A DNA stretch of 64,000 nucleotides from a virus, in IMG/VR virus record IMGVR_UViG_3300035204_001665, positions 18,870-82,869 of that record; one strand, written 5' to 3'. A program made the position numbers and the translations under genes. Each line of letters begins with the position of its first letter. Positions within the stretch are counted from its first letter, which is position 1. Below the pieces are notes generated by a model that worked only from the letters and a program-made list of their open reading frames with translations, ran no database searches and was not told the DNA's origin. Below, in pieces: positions 1 through 10,472 of this stretch.

Positions 1-894
1 ATTATTTCCTTCCAATTTCACCAAGTCACCCGTGTCTCCAGAATCTGGAATCATATCCGTAATCTCTGCTTCTTCTCCAGCAAACACGCCCATGTTAGCT
101 TGTCCCATTTTAATTTCGGTAGATATAATACCCCCTTCTCCCTCGGATACCGAGATACTTTTGTCTCCTATTTGCGCGTTAAGAATAAAAGACTGCTTTA
201 AATTTCCATTTTTATCATTTAAATTAATTTTATAGTTTTCTCTAATCCCCGTGGCCAACAAGCTTAGGTCATAGTTATATATTACGGCAGAAGCTTCTAT
301 TCTTTCTGGACCAAACACCATATCTGCAGGTGTCTTTTTGTCAACATTGTACGCTGGCTCAAAGCTGGAATTGTAAGTATAATTAAATGACCCTAACTGG
401 CCGGATTTAATATAAATCCCCTCGTCTATTGTGATATCTGAGGCATTCAATGGCTGTATATCATCGGGCAAATCGCTTGTTCCATATGAAATCTCCCCCA
501 GTATGGGTTCATAAAAACTAAAACTTGCCTGCGCGACTAATGAATCATAAGAATTAGTATCTACCTGATAGGAAGAAAGGTAACCGGATTTTACATGAAA
601 CCCACCAAAATATAACTCATGTGGGTTTTTTCTATTCCTAAAGTCTGCCAGAGGATCAACTCCAGTTAAAAGATACTCGATAGACAAGGTGCCCTCGGGG
701 TAATTCTCCCCAGCTAAATTGAAAGAGTGCTGAGAATCAGTGTTAAATGCTGGATTAAAAGAGGCCTGAGTATCCAGACTTGCATCTGTGCAGTATACCC
801 CTGAGTTATTTATCTTAACGTCGAGATCCCTATATGAGATGGGAGGACGGCTCCCGAACCCCAATGCCTGCATTAAATATTGAAATGTACCCAT
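1..894 (-). CDS. Partial virion structural protein (tail-tube-like beta-rich region leading into a probable IPT/TIG Ig-like domain); runs off the window start
   Basis: Absent from the ORF track because it is truncated. I read an open frame from ATG at 894 (MGTFQYLMQALGFGSRPPISYRDLDVKINN...) to position 1, ending ...ITDMIPDSGDTGDLVKLEGNN, an IPT/TIG-like start. It is divergent from the gpM-like gene. Confidence 0.7.
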   Translation of the reverse strand, partial: MGTFQYLMQALGFGSRPPISYRDLDVKINNSGVYCTDASLDTQASFNPAFNTDSQHSFNLAGENYPEGTLSIEYLLTGVDPLADFRNRKNPHELYFGGFHVKSGYLSSYQVDTNSYDSLVAQASFSFYEPILGEISYGTSDLPDDIQPLNASDITIDEGIYIKSGQLGSFNYTYNSSFEPAYNVDKKTPADMVFGPERIEASAVIYNYDLSLLATGIRENYKINLNDKNGNLKQSFILNAQIGDKSISVSEGEGGIISTEIKMGQANMGVFAGEEAEITDMIPDSGDTGDLVKLEGNN

Positions 895-929
895 CTATCT
901 AGCTACCTTTTTTTAATTTACATTAGTAA

Positions 930-948
930 TTACACTATTATAGTGTAA
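930..948. promoter_or_regulatory. Palindromic back-to-back copy of the recurrent AGTGTAA motif (putative divergent phage promoter)
   Basis: TTACACTA-TTA-TAGTGTAA is a perfect inverted repeat between divergent starts at 894 and 973. The same motif precedes several other genes. Confidence 0.6.
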
Positions 949-972
949 ATAAGATGCAAGGGTACAAGGAAT

Positions 973-1503
973 ATGGCTTCAATATATAATATAGCTGGCT
1001 GGGTAGATACTAGTAAAAAATACTATGTAAATGATATCGTCTCTGTGGGTGATAGATTTTGGTACTGCATTAAAGATCACACTAGCTCTGCCGTAAACAC
1101 TCCAGAGATAGGATCAATATATTGGGACGGCAGCGTCAATATTACCATTGCAGGTGCCTCCAAAACTTGGCCCCTGTTTATCTGGAGTCCCTCCTACAAT
1201 CTAGGGATAGCTCATGAACCCAGAGTTCTAACTATTCAGTTTGGGGATGGCTACGAACAAAGGCTAACTGACGGAATAAATAATGATAAGCTAAGCTTTA
1301 CGCTGAACTTCGATAAAAGAAACAAACAAGAAGCCACGGCCATAATCCACTTCCTTGCATCTAAGTCTGGAAGAGACCCGTTCTTCTTTAAAGCTCCAGA
1401 ACCATATGGAGTGATGAAAAAATTTATATGTACACAATGGAGTTCCACGCTACAATTTGATGATAATTATACAGTTTCTGCGACGTTCAGCGAAAGGTCA
1501 TAA
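973..1503 (+). CDS. Lambda gpM-like minor (distal) tail protein with a short N-terminal CBM5/12-like module
   Basis: PRVLTIQFGDGYEQRLTDGIN...F...C..W..ATF is typical of gpM. The N-terminal YYVNDIVSVGDRFWYCIKDHTS resembles CBM5/12 aromatic modules. First gene of an M-L-K-I-J order. Confidence 0.85.
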   Translation: MASIYNIAGWVDTSKKYYVNDIVSVGDRFWYCIKDHTSSAVNTPEIGSIYWDGSVNITIAGASKTWPLFIWSPSYNLGIAHEPRVLTIQFGDGYEQRLTDGINNDKLSFTLNFDKRNKQEATAIIHFLASKSGRDPFFFKAPEPYGVMKKFICTQWSSTLQFDDNYTVSATFSERS

Positions 1504-1505
1504 AG

Positions 1506-2681
1506 ATGCCAGATAAGATCAAGCCAGATACAGCAAAGACTACGGTGCAGGAAATTTCCAAAGAGGTTCATGCCCTAGAGGCAGATGCAATTATTTCCCT
1601 ATATGAAATTGACATTTCAGAAATCAAAAAAAATCTTATACTAGGAAGCACACTAGTACTCCAAGATAAGCTCCGCTTCCATAACATGGAAGTGTTAAAT
1701 AGAGAAAAAATTTATTTCAAAAATGAAGCCTATCACGCTCTCCCTATACTTACCGAAGGATTTGAAATCAGTTCCAGCAGTGATCTACCAAGACCAACAA
1801 TTACATTCGTCCCGATGAAGGGGATAGATGACAAAGGGGCAGACTACAACTTTACTTCGCTTAAGCAAGCGATCATATCCCTAGATAACATGGCCGGAGC
1901 CAAAGTCACCAGATGCAGAACATTTTTAAAATATCTAGACGCGAGTAACAATATCCCCGGAGCAGGGCAACATACAGGAACCAATCCAGAATTCCCTAGG
2001 GAAATTTATTATATAAATAGAAAAATTTCAGAGAGTAAAAGCTCTATCCAATTAGAACTCTCCTCGGTTTTAGACTTAGAAAATTTTAAAATTCCCAGCA
2101 GGCTTTGCCTTTCTAACCGTTGCCCATTTTCCTACAGGGGAGAGGGCTGTGCATACGAATACAGCGCAAGCGATCCGCCGCCTAATAATAGTTGTGAGAA
2201 TTGTCCTTCAGATATATCGAAACAAAAAGAAAGATTTGGAAATACAGCGATACTCCCCCAATTCGCTCCGCCCATAGCGGGAGACGACGACGTTCAGATA
2301 ACGGGATTCGGAGAGCCAGACGGGGCCTCATGGGTCGGCTACGCGATAGGAGAGGCACACACTAGGATATCTGGAGAATATCAAGGAAACATAAATTATC
2401 CTACGGGAGCAATAGTTTTTGTAGAAAAGAATGATATCAGATATTACTATATGTCCAAAGGTAATTCTGCAGCGAGTTATGGGCCAATAAAAAATATACC
2501 CCCGCCTAACTCAGCCTATTGGTATGCAGACAGATGTTCTAAAAGTATAGCTGGGTGCAAATATCGATGGGGTAAGACCGGCGCGGCAAAGTACCTAGAA
2601 AATAACGAATATAAACAAGCCAACAACTTCTTAATGTTTGGAGGCTTCCCCGGAACCAATAGCAAAACGAGCATACAATAA
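1506..2681 (+). CDS. Lambda gpL-like minor tail protein
   Basis: IISLYEID, GAKVTRCRTFLKYLD, EIYYINRK..E, CPFSYRGEGC, DRCSKSIAGCKYRW and terminal FGGFPG; includes the Cys set that ligates Fe-S in gpL. Confidence 0.9.
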   Translation: MPDKIKPDTAKTTVQEISKEVHALEADAIISLYEIDISEIKKNLILGSTLVLQDKLRFHNMEVLNREKIYFKNEAYHALPILTEGFEISSSSDLPRPTITFVPMKGIDDKGADYNFTSLKQAIISLDNMAGAKVTRCRTFLKYLDASNNIPGAGQHTGTNPEFPREIYYINRKISESKSSIQLELSSVLDLENFKIPSRLCLSNRCPFSYRGEGCAYEYSASDPPPNNSCENCPSDISKQKERFGNTAILPQFAPPIAGDDDVQITGFGEPDGASWVGYAIGEAHTRISGEYQGNINYPTGAIVFVEKNDIRYYYMSKGNSAASYGPIKNIPPPNSAYWYADRCSKSIAGCKYRWGKTGAAKYLENNEYKQANNFLMFGGFPGTNSKTSIQ

Positions 2682-3019
2682 TGGACCTACTGACAACAAA
2701 AGTAAAATCTAAAATTAAAGAACATTCCCTGTCTGAATTTCCAGATGAATGCTGCGGCCTAATAGTCTTAGATCAAGATAACTCTATCGATTCGATGAAG
2801 TGTAAAAATATAGCAAATAACAAAAGTTCCTTTTTTGAGATTGACCCGCTAGATTACCTAAAAGTATCTGAAAAGGGAGACATAAAGGCATACTATCACT
2901 CGCATACATCAGACAATCATTCTTTTTCTGGAGCAGACAAAGCGATAAGTCAAAGTAGTAATCTTCCGTTAATTATGTACTCGGTAAAAATAAATAAATT
3001 TTCAGAATATCATGGATAA
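2681..3019 (+). CDS. gpK-like tail assembly protein, JAB/MPN metallopeptidase domain only
   Basis: PDECCGLI and YHSH..(S)..D JAMM motif; only 112 aa, with no NlpC/P60 half. Confidence 0.85.
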   Translation: MDLLTTKVKSKIKEHSLSEFPDECCGLIVLDQDNSIDSMKCKNIANNKSSFFEIDPLDYLKVSEKGDIKAYYHSHTSDNHSFSGADKAISQSSNLPLIMYSVKINKFSEYHG

Positions 3020-3647
3020 GAAACTAACAAAAATAGTATTACATGGTACCCTAGGAAAGGCAGCGGGAAGAGGGGAGTGGGACCTACAAATAGATAGCGC
3101 AAACGAAGCACTGCACGCAATAAATGTCCAAACACATGATTCACTTAGAAGATATTTTTTAAATACCAAAAACGCTTACGGCAGATATAAAGTCCTAGTT
3201 AACGAAAAAGAAATTTCTCCGGGGTCAAAATTTTCAGAGTTAAATGAAATGGCGATCATCAGGGGAGACTTTAAAAGACTAGATATTATACCGGTTCTCG
3301 AAGGATCAGATTGGCTAGACATGGTTGGCACATTCGGCGGATTCTGGATATTCGCTGGAGCTGAGAACCCTTACACAGCGATGATTGGACTTATGCTTAT
3401 GAGTCTCGGCGCTTCGAATCTGCTGGCGCAGCCTCCTGCTATGCCGGATACTAGGCAGATGCTCAATCCTAGTTCAGACCCCCAAGCATTAGCAAACTCT
3501 TATCTTTTTGGCGGGCCGGTTAACGTAATTAACGAGGGCGGACCAGTTCCAGTGGGATATGGAAGATTAATTGTCGGCAGTCAAGTAGTCATGTCTTCGT
3601 ATGATGTGGCATACGCCAAGGTAGACGACGCAGGAAAGGTAGCGTAA
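3012..3647 (+). CDS. gpI-like tail assembly protein
   Basis: LHGTLGK at the N-terminus, IIPVLEGS, a hydrophobic middle segment, and SYLFGGPVNVINEGGPVPVGYGRLIVGSQVVMS. Confidence 0.9.
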   Translation: MDKKLTKIVLHGTLGKAAGRGEWDLQIDSANEALHAINVQTHDSLRRYFLNTKNAYGRYKVLVNEKEISPGSKFSELNEMAIIRGDFKRLDIIPVLEGSDWLDMVGTFGGFWIFAGAENPYTAMIGLMLMSLGASNLLAQPPAMPDTRQMLNPSSDPQALANSYLFGGPVNVINEGGPVPVGYGRLIVGSQVVMSSYDVAYAKVDDAGKVA

Positions 3648-3652
3648 ATAAA

Positions 3653-6600
3653 ATGTCAATACAAAATGATAATTCATTTATAAAAGGCAGGACGGTTACG
3701 AACACGTCCACCGACCCTTCTTTAGCTGGCACGAACGATCAGGTTTATGGTGTAGATACTGCAGCACAAAACGCAGAAGCATATTCTGATTACGACGGCT
3801 ATCAAGATATCGTCTTTTCTAATAGAACTGGAGAGGGGGTCTTTTCTGGTTACGCTACAGACGGAACAGAAACATGGGTTACCTCCAGAGGAATAATAAA
3901 GACCTTAGATTTAATTTCTGAAGGGGAGATTGATGGAATAGTTAGTGGCGAATGGGTTCCCGGAGGCGACAATTCCGAAGGCCAAGTGGGCTGGAGCGAA
4001 GTTAATTTTCAAGCTCACGGAGATTGGCCAGAGGCTATACTTAGATCAGTTTTTCTTAATGACACGCCAGTAGTAAACGCAAACAGTCAATACAATTTTC
4101 AAAGAGCAGTAGTTTCCTTCTCTAATGGCAGAGCAGAAGGAGTAAGAGAAGGCGATAATTTTTTAAAGGTAGGATCAGATCAGGGGTTAGAAAAGACTAG
4201 AACGATTAATGAAAGGTTGAGGGGTCCAGATGTCAATGATCCAGAAGGAGACGGAACCGATGTCACTGGGGGAACGATCGATAATCCATTCTTTTATCAC
4301 CCCAAGGTCTACAGTATTCTTAATCCTCAATTGGAAAAGGTAAGAATCAACTTAAAAGTAGGCTCACTGACTTATCAAAAAACCATGGACGACTTCGAAG
4401 AAGGTACAGAGGTCGATCAAGCTATACTGGACGATATGGCAAATTTAAGAGGAAGTAAAATTAGTTTTCGATATAGATATAGGCCCATATATGTTGATGA
4501 CGCTGGGTTTATGGACTTAAATACCGCTAGAGATTGGTACCCAGAAGACGGAGCGATTGAAAACGGAGTAGAGGGACTCATTAGGAGCGCATACTTAGCG
4601 AAGCAAGAGATAACGGTAGACGACAGTTTAAAAACGGATCAACTCGCGGGGTGGGAATTTGAAATAACCAGAGTCACGTTGGATTCCATAGAAAGTAATG
4701 TAAATAACGAGACCTACATAGATTCTATTACTGAGGTTTTCGAAGATACGTTCTCCTATCCTACCTCAGCCATGGCGGCCATGAAGTTTAACGCTGAATA
4801 CTTTTCCCAAGTTCCAACTCGAGCCTATGACGTTAGACTGCTTAAAGTTAAGGTACCTGCGGGTAATGGAGGATATGAGCCACTGACAAGAACATATAAC
4901 GAACAACCTTGGGGCGGAACGTTTTCGGAAGAAAAAAAATGGACCGATAACCCAGCTTGGATCTTTTATGATATACTCACCAACGATAGATATGGAGTAG
5001 GCAAGCACATCGACAAGAGCCTCGTAGATAAGTGGTCTCTCTATGAAATAGCTAAATATTGTGACGTATTGGTCGACAATGGAGAAGGTGGATTGGAGCC
5101 CAGATTTACAGCAAACGTATTAATTAACACGAGAGAAGACGCGTATAAAGTCTTAAAAGATTTTGCTAGTGTTTTCAGGTCAATACTTTACTATGGCCTA
5201 GGCAGCATACACACCGTACAAGATAGGCCAAAACCAGAAATAGCCCACTATACTAACGCTAATGTAGAGGGCGGAGACTTTACATATAGTTCGACTAGTA
5301 GCAATATCAGGCCGACCGTATGCTTGGTCAGATATAATGACAGAACGAACTTCTACAAACCGGCGATCGAATACGTAGAGGACACAGAGGGCATAAGAAA
5401 GCATGGAGTTATAGAAAAAGAGATTACTGCATTCGCATGCACTAGCCGGTCACAAGCAGTAAGACTGGGAAGATGGATACTAACCACCGAATCAGCTCAA
5501 GCAGAAACAATTGGCTTTACGATTGGTCCGGAAGGTATGCTCTTGCGCCCGGGAGATATTATTAGAGTCGTAGACGAAAATAGAGACGCCGATAGATACG
5601 GCGGTAGAGTTATTAACTACGATTATTACGATGACGAAAAGCACGTTAAGGCCATAACTCTAGACAGGGTGCCCACAATAAAGGAAGAGACAGAATATAC
5701 CTTATTCTTAAATACCCCATCATACTTTTACGACACATCTTTGGTAGCGGGGGCAGATGAGGTTGATGGCGGATTAGATAGTTCAGACGTGAAGGACATA
5801 AGAAAGCCCCACATACAGTCTTTTGTTTTTAATGAGTCATCATCTAATATCACCATAGATAACACTATCAATATCGGCCCAGAAGGTATTGGTAATAGCA
5901 AGGGGGATATTTTCGGCACAAAAATCGCTCACGCTGGAGACGTTTCGCAAGGAGAATGGATGTTCGAAAGCTCGTTAAATTCGGGCACGATCGTAGATAA
6001 CGCTACTTGGACACTGGTAGACAATGCGTACGCGAGTAACCAATATACTGTCATATCCACAAAGGAAGAAGAAAAGTTCAAATATTCTGTACAGGCCCTA
6101 GTGCACGAGCCACGAAAATATGACTATATAGAGAAGGGGTTAGTATATTCTCCCCCGACGGGGCCTGACAATCCAACGGCGGCTCCACCGGGTCCGGACG
6201 GGGTCTCACTAATTGTCGGTAACTATAATCTCAGCACAAGTAATACGAAGAAAATCAACATCACGGTAGATAAACCCGATGATGATACCATAGGAACGAC
6301 CGTAGGGTACAGAATTTATGTTAAAGAAGGGTCTCAATTTGATTCTGACGATACCGTATCTCCCGGATCATCCATTCCAAAGAAAGAGTTCTTAATGAGA
6401 ACCCTTTTCTTAACGGACCCAACAGATAATAACGATAACCCTATTACCTACTATATCCCACCGAGAAATAATAAAACCTATTATTTTAGAGTATTTGCAG
6501 TTAATGCTGTTTCCGTTTTGTCGAGTGCGCACAAAGACAATAATATTCAAGTAACAGACCACTATCCTATCAAAGATATTAAAGTTCATTCCCTGAGACT

Positions 6601-8806
6601 AGCTACGGACTCTCCGATTCTCAATGAGGAAAAAGACTCCGCCGAAAAACAATTCTATTCAAATTTAGAAGATAAAGACGCGGCAGTGAGTTGGGAGTCG
6701 ACCTTCCTTAACGAAGTAGACATACCCATTATTTTAAAGTATAAAATTACAATCAGAAAAGTTAGCCCGAATTCTAGTCCGGCAGATTTGATAACGTCTT
6801 TTGAAACTAATTCAAGCTACTTCAACTATACCTTTGCCCTTAACGCAGCGACGACCGGAGGACCCAGAAGACACTTTGATTTAGTTGTAGAAGCTTTGGA
6901 CGAAAACGGGCAGAGCTCGGCTGATAATTATGCATCCAATGGAGAAGGGTGGGATATTATTGAGGTAAACAATCCGAGGCCATCGAATTACTGGTTGACT
7001 CCGAGAAAAGACGGTGGGAAAAGACCGGGCGATCACGTATGCAAAACGGTTAATGGCGTGGCCGACGTATGTGAAACGATAACGACGGAACAGTTCATAA
7101 CTGCAGATGGGCATATTAAACTCAACCTTATAAATAATTCGTTTTCAGACCTAGCGGGAGGATTCTTATACTTGTCTAAGCATCCTTTTTCTGGGGCAGA
7201 TTTTACCCCGGATGGCAGACCCAAGGACATAGCCAATAGGCCTAATATAGAATTTGCAGCGCACGAAGTATCTAAAAAGCCAGATTTTAGAATTATTGAA
7301 ATCCCCTTCGAACGAGGAGTAAACGACGCCCAACTTCCTTCACAAATTACCCTCAGTCCTCCAGCTGGGGAAGACGGATCTTCTTACGTCTTTAATTATT
7401 CCAACGCCTACTATATGGCTCTAAAACTATATGATAGCTACGATAAAGAAATTAAAGATAAGAAACTCAATCCGTGCTACGACTCTAACGCGGACCGTAT
7501 AACCGATTGTTGGGAAAGCGGTATGCACATAGGATTTGCTAGGGATCACAGAGTTAACAAAACATCCGATTGCGACCCATGCGGAGAGTCTACCCTCTCT
7601 GGAATGTATAGATTTACCAGTCTATCATCAGGATGGTACGTCGGGGATCACGATCACCCGGATGGTTTTTCGACGATATCTCCCTCACCATCAACGGGAA
7701 CTTTTGCTTGCCCAGTTTATCCCACTCAATATTACAGTGCGAGTGCAGAAAATGGCTTTAAATATTGGTTAAGAATGAACGTAAATGGTCAATGGGAAGG
7801 TAACGGAATATCCCATGTTCGAGTCCTTACTCATCAAGACGTTGAAGAACTATATGATTACCAAGGTTACTACGAATATACATGTAGGATGTCAGAGAAA
7901 GTCACGACAAGTTATTATGTTTACCCTAATGACATGGATTCGATAAGTAGATGTAGATTTAGACAAGGGAAACGCTCATCTTCGGGGGGAATTTATGATG
8001 TAGATAGATCTACGATTTTCGCTGGACCAATCCCTGCGTTAGGAGCACCGAGTGGTCCGTTTACGTGGACCACTGGGGCGACTAGGCCACCCGCTGGTAG
8101 CGATCCAGCAGGTGGAACTTGGGTCCCGTTGCCTAGGGCAGGAATACCTTACGGCGGATGGGGAAGGCAGTACGATGGCCCAGCAGATAATGATACCCTA
8201 GCAAGTCCAGACGTAGACAAAATAGATTCTCATAACTGGAGGGGTCAAAAAATTGAAGGTAAAAGCAGGCCGCTTTACGGTTTCAGAAGATTTAGAGTAT
8301 ACTTCGATCCGAATAATTTACCCCCAGAACAGGAAAAGTCGCAGTTATCTTCTTACGCTATCGTAGGACTTAATTCTTGGAACGGTCCATATGAGGCCTA
8401 TCCCGGCACTACAGATTATTCCAAGAGTCTACTAACTGCGAAAAATGACCTTGGGACATTTCCATATAGTGTAAGACAATGGATGAAAGAGGGCGATGTA
8501 TTTGAAAATATTCCCGGAGTTTGGGACCATCACCCAGCGGGTTTCGGCGCTGGTTACGGAGGGCTCGTAAAAACAGACCGATATTTTGATGTGCACATGG
8601 GCAGGTTAATAGATGATAGTTATTTAAATGAAGGCTTTTTTGGGGTGGTCGCTACGAATGATTACTCTATACTAGATTCCACGGTAAGGACTCCAAGCGC
8701 ATACGACCAAGAAACGAAATTACATGAGTCCACATGGGACACAAACGCGTTCGTTACTTTACCATTTGCCGCCGGGGGAGACGGTACGAACCCATATAAC
8801 GATTAA
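3653..8806 (+). CDS. gpJ-like tail tip / central fibre (host specificity) protein with FN3-like domains
   Basis: LDLISEGEIDG, SVFLNDTPV, FSYPTSA...FSQVPTRAY, WTDNPAWIFYDILTNDRYGVG, EPRF, GCTS-like FACTSRSQAVRLGRW, LRPGDII; FN3-like YYFRVFAVN. Confidence 0.92.
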   Translation: MSIQNDNSFIKGRTVTNTSTDPSLAGTNDQVYGVDTAAQNAEAYSDYDGYQDIVFSNRTGEGVFSGYATDGTETWVTSRGIIKTLDLISEGEIDGIVSGEWVPGGDNSEGQVGWSEVNFQAHGDWPEAILRSVFLNDTPVVNANSQYNFQRAVVSFSNGRAEGVREGDNFLKVGSDQGLEKTRTINERLRGPDVNDPEGDGTDVTGGTIDNPFFYHPKVYSILNPQLEKVRINLKVGSLTYQKTMDDFEEGTEVDQAILDDMANLRGSKISFRYRYRPIYVDDAGFMDLNTARDWYPEDGAIENGVEGLIRSAYLAKQEITVDDSLKTDQLAGWEFEITRVTLDSIESNVNNETYIDSITEVFEDTFSYPTSAMAAMKFNAEYFSQVPTRAYDVRLLKVKVPAGNGGYEPLTRTYNEQPWGGTFSEEKKWTDNPAWIFYDILTNDRYGVGKHIDKSLVDKWSLYEIAKYCDVLVDNGEGGLEPRFTANVLINTREDAYKVLKDFASVFRSILYYGLGSIHTVQDRPKPEIAHYTNANVEGGDFTYSSTSSNIRPTVCLVRYNDRTNFYKPAIEYVEDTEGIRKHGVIEKEITAFACTSRSQAVRLGRWILTTESAQAETIGFTIGPEGMLLRPGDIIRVVDENRDADRYGGRVINYDYYDDEKHVKAITLDRVPTIKEETEYTLFLNTPSYFYDTSLVAGADEVDGGLDSSDVKDIRKPHIQSFVFNESSSNITIDNTINIGPEGIGNSKGDIFGTKIAHAGDVSQGEWMFESSLNSGTIVDNATWTLVDNAYASNQYTVISTKEEEKFKYSVQALVHEPRKYDYIEKGLVYSPPTGPDNPTAAPPGPDGVSLIVGNYNLSTSNTKKINITVDKPDDDTIGTTVGYRIYVKEGSQFDSDDTVSPGSSIPKKEFLMRTLFLTDPTDNNDNPITYYIPPRNNKTYYFRVFAVNAVSVLSSAHKDNNIQVTDHYPIKDIKVHSLRLATDSPILNEEKDSAEKQFYSNLEDKDAAVSWESTFLNEVDIPIILKYKITIRKVSPNSSPADLITSFETNSSYFNYTFALNAATTGGPRRHFDLVVEALDENGQSSADNYASNGEGWDIIEVNNPRPSNYWLTPRKDGGKRPGDHVCKTVNGVADVCETITTEQFITADGHIKLNLINNSFSDLAGGFLYLSKHPFSGADFTPDGRPKDIANRPNIEFAAHEVSKKPDFRIIEIPFERGVNDAQLPSQITLSPPAGEDGSSYVFNYSNAYYMALKLYDSYDKEIKDKKLNPCYDSNADRITDCWESGMHIGFARDHRVNKTSDCDPCGESTLSGMYRFTSLSSGWYVGDHDHPDGFSTISPSPSTGTFACPVYPTQYYSASAENGFKYWLRMNVNGQWEGNGISHVRVLTHQDVEELYDYQGYYEYTCRMSEKVTTSYYVYPNDMDSISRCRFRQGKRSSSGGIYDVDRSTIFAGPIPALGAPSGPFTWTTGATRPPAGSDPAGGTWVPLPRAGIPYGGWGRQYDGPADNDTLASPDVDKIDSHNWRGQKIEGKSRPLYGFRRFRVYFDPNNLPPEQEKSQLSSYAIVGLNSWNGPYEAYPGTTDYSKSLLTAKNDLGTFPYSVRQWMKEGDVFENIPGVWDHHPAGFGAGYGGLVKTDRYFDVHMGRLIDDSYLNEGFFGVVATNDYSILDSTVRTPSAYDQETKLHESTWDTNAFVTLPFAAGGDGTNPYND

Positions 8807-8807
8807 A

Positions 8808-9542
8808 ATGAAAACTGGAATTAATAGAATTTTAATGATCATATTAAAAAATGAGAAAAGATATGTCTACTCCGTTCCGTCAGACCGGTCGCCAGAGGTT
8901 ATGATGAACGATGTTATCATGTCAGATAGGATCGACAGAAATGAAATAAAATCAAATTACTTCTTTCCCAATACTTTATATTCTATTCATGATTATTTGT
9001 ATTACTTTAATGAAGATACTAAAAAAGTTGATGATGTACTCCTTGCTATAGATTTTAAAATAGAGGAAGTGAAAAAGCATAGACAATCATTTTTTTCTGT
9101 GTTAGACTTTGAATTTATGAAGTCCCTAGAGGAAGGGAGCAAGAGTTGGACAGAACATATAACTAAAATTAAGAACTACCTAAGAGATCTCCCTCCTGAA
9201 ATAGAGCCTTACTGCAAAAATATGCCAGTGGACCAAATAGTTAAATTTAATGGCTTTAATAACATTTTTGATATACATATAATAAATGGAGGCAGCGGAT
9301 ATACTAAACCACCGAAGGTTATCATTGAGGATCCGAACGGATTAGATATGTCTGGGTTTAAACTCAAAGCAGTTGCCACCATTAAAGACGGAAAAGTGGT
9401 GGAAATAACGGTAACGCAAGTTGGTAGCGGGTATGACAGGGCTCCGTCGATTAATATATCTCCACCGGATGGAGAAGGTAGCGTAGCTGTAGCAGCAGCT
9501 GCTCTACCAGAAAACGATATTCACTCAATAAAACAAAAATAA
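8808..9542 (+). CDS. Tail-associated protein (fibre-assembly-like N-half plus two GSGY beta repeats)
   Basis: Start reassigned to ATG 8808, just after the gpJ stop. It has KNYLRDLP (Tfa-like) and the repeats IINGGSGYTKPPKVII / TQVGSGYDRAPSINI seen in phage structural proteins. Confidence 0.55.
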   Translation: MKTGINRILMIILKNEKRYVYSVPSDRSPEVMMNDVIMSDRIDRNEIKSNYFFPNTLYSIHDYLYYFNEDTKKVDDVLLAIDFKIEEVKKHRQSFFSVLDFEFMKSLEEGSKSWTEHITKIKNYLRDLPPEIEPYCKNMPVDQIVKFNGFNNIFDIHIINGGSGYTKPPKVIIEDPNGLDMSGFKLKAVATIKDGKVVEITVTQVGSGYDRAPSINISPPDGEGSVAVAAAALPENDIHSIKQK

Positions 9543-9554
9543 AGGTATAAAGAT

Positions 9555-10445
9555 ATGGCAGTAATGATAAGAAAAAAATTCGGATATACAGTATCTGTTG
9601 TAAATGGTTCCAAAAGAATAACGGCTTGTTCCAAAGCTGACTGGATACCAATAAAAGATGGTAGCTTTATAATTATTGACGGAGATAATGAATACTATAG
9701 ATTATCACATAAAAAACAATTCCTTTATGTAAAAGAGGCCCGAGTAGATTCCGCGAATAAATTAGTTATAGATGGGATAGCAGAAAGCGGATCTATATCT
9801 GCTAATGATTCGTTAGAGTTTACAGCAAACGAATATCAGATCACAAAAGTAGACGTGGCTGATGGTGGCACAGATTATGTCGTCGGAGATATTATCTCTT
9901 GCGCTGGACCCCTTAGTAAACTTAATTCAAGCGATGATACTCAAGAGCACGCAAGGGTAGAGGTAAAATCTATTACCGAAAATGGATCCATTGAGTCAAT
10001 AGAGCTGATCTCGAACGGTACATATATTGCTGCTTCCGAAGAGGGTGACATTTTCAATATTAAAGATGGCTCTGGTTCAGGTGCGTCCCTTTCTTCTCGG
10101 TATACTCTGTCAGCTAATAAGCCAATAGAAGAGAGAAGCATTTCTGGAATAGAAAGGAAAGACAATAAAACCATAATCTACTTGTCTTATCCGTTACCGA
10201 TAAGTATGATCTCTGGCAATGTCTCTGTAAAAAAATGGGAAGCCGTTTTGGATTCTCCGTATCTAGGAGTGACTAAGGCTGGCGCATCATACGAAATAAT
10301 AAAAGACTTTACCCCTAATCTAGACCTGCCCCTCATAAAGGGAGAGCTAGCGTCTACTCCCTTGTTGTATAATGAGTCAATGGTACTAATTGATAAAAAA
10401 ATCAAGGAATTAGAAGAGCAGATCGAGTCACTTAAAGGAGAATAA
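9555..10445 (+). CDS. Putative virion structural protein
   Basis: VADGGTDYVVGD and GSGSGASL motifs, C-terminal coiled coil, in the tail operon. Confidence 0.5.
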   Translation: MAVMIRKKFGYTVSVVNGSKRITACSKADWIPIKDGSFIIIDGDNEYYRLSHKKQFLYVKEARVDSANKLVIDGIAESGSISANDSLEFTANEYQITKVDVADGGTDYVVGDIISCAGPLSKLNSSDDTQEHARVEVKSITENGSIESIELISNGTYIAASEEGDIFNIKDGSGSGASLSSRYTLSANKPIEERSISGIERKDNKTIIYLSYPLPISMISGNVSVKKWEAVLDSPYLGVTKAGASYEIIKDFTPNLDLPLIKGELASTPLLYNESMVLIDKKIKELEEQIESLKGE

Positions 10446-10457
10446 ATCCACTTATCA

Positions 10458-10465
10458 AGTGTAAT
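10458..10465 (+). promoter_or_regulatory. AGTGTAAT motif 7 nt upstream of the tubulin/FtsZ ATG (possible leaderless transcript)
   Basis: Same motif as at 930-948, 25579, 31600 and 53134; no Shine-Dalgarno between motif and ATG. Confidence 0.5.
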
Positions 10466-10472
10466 AAGTAGT

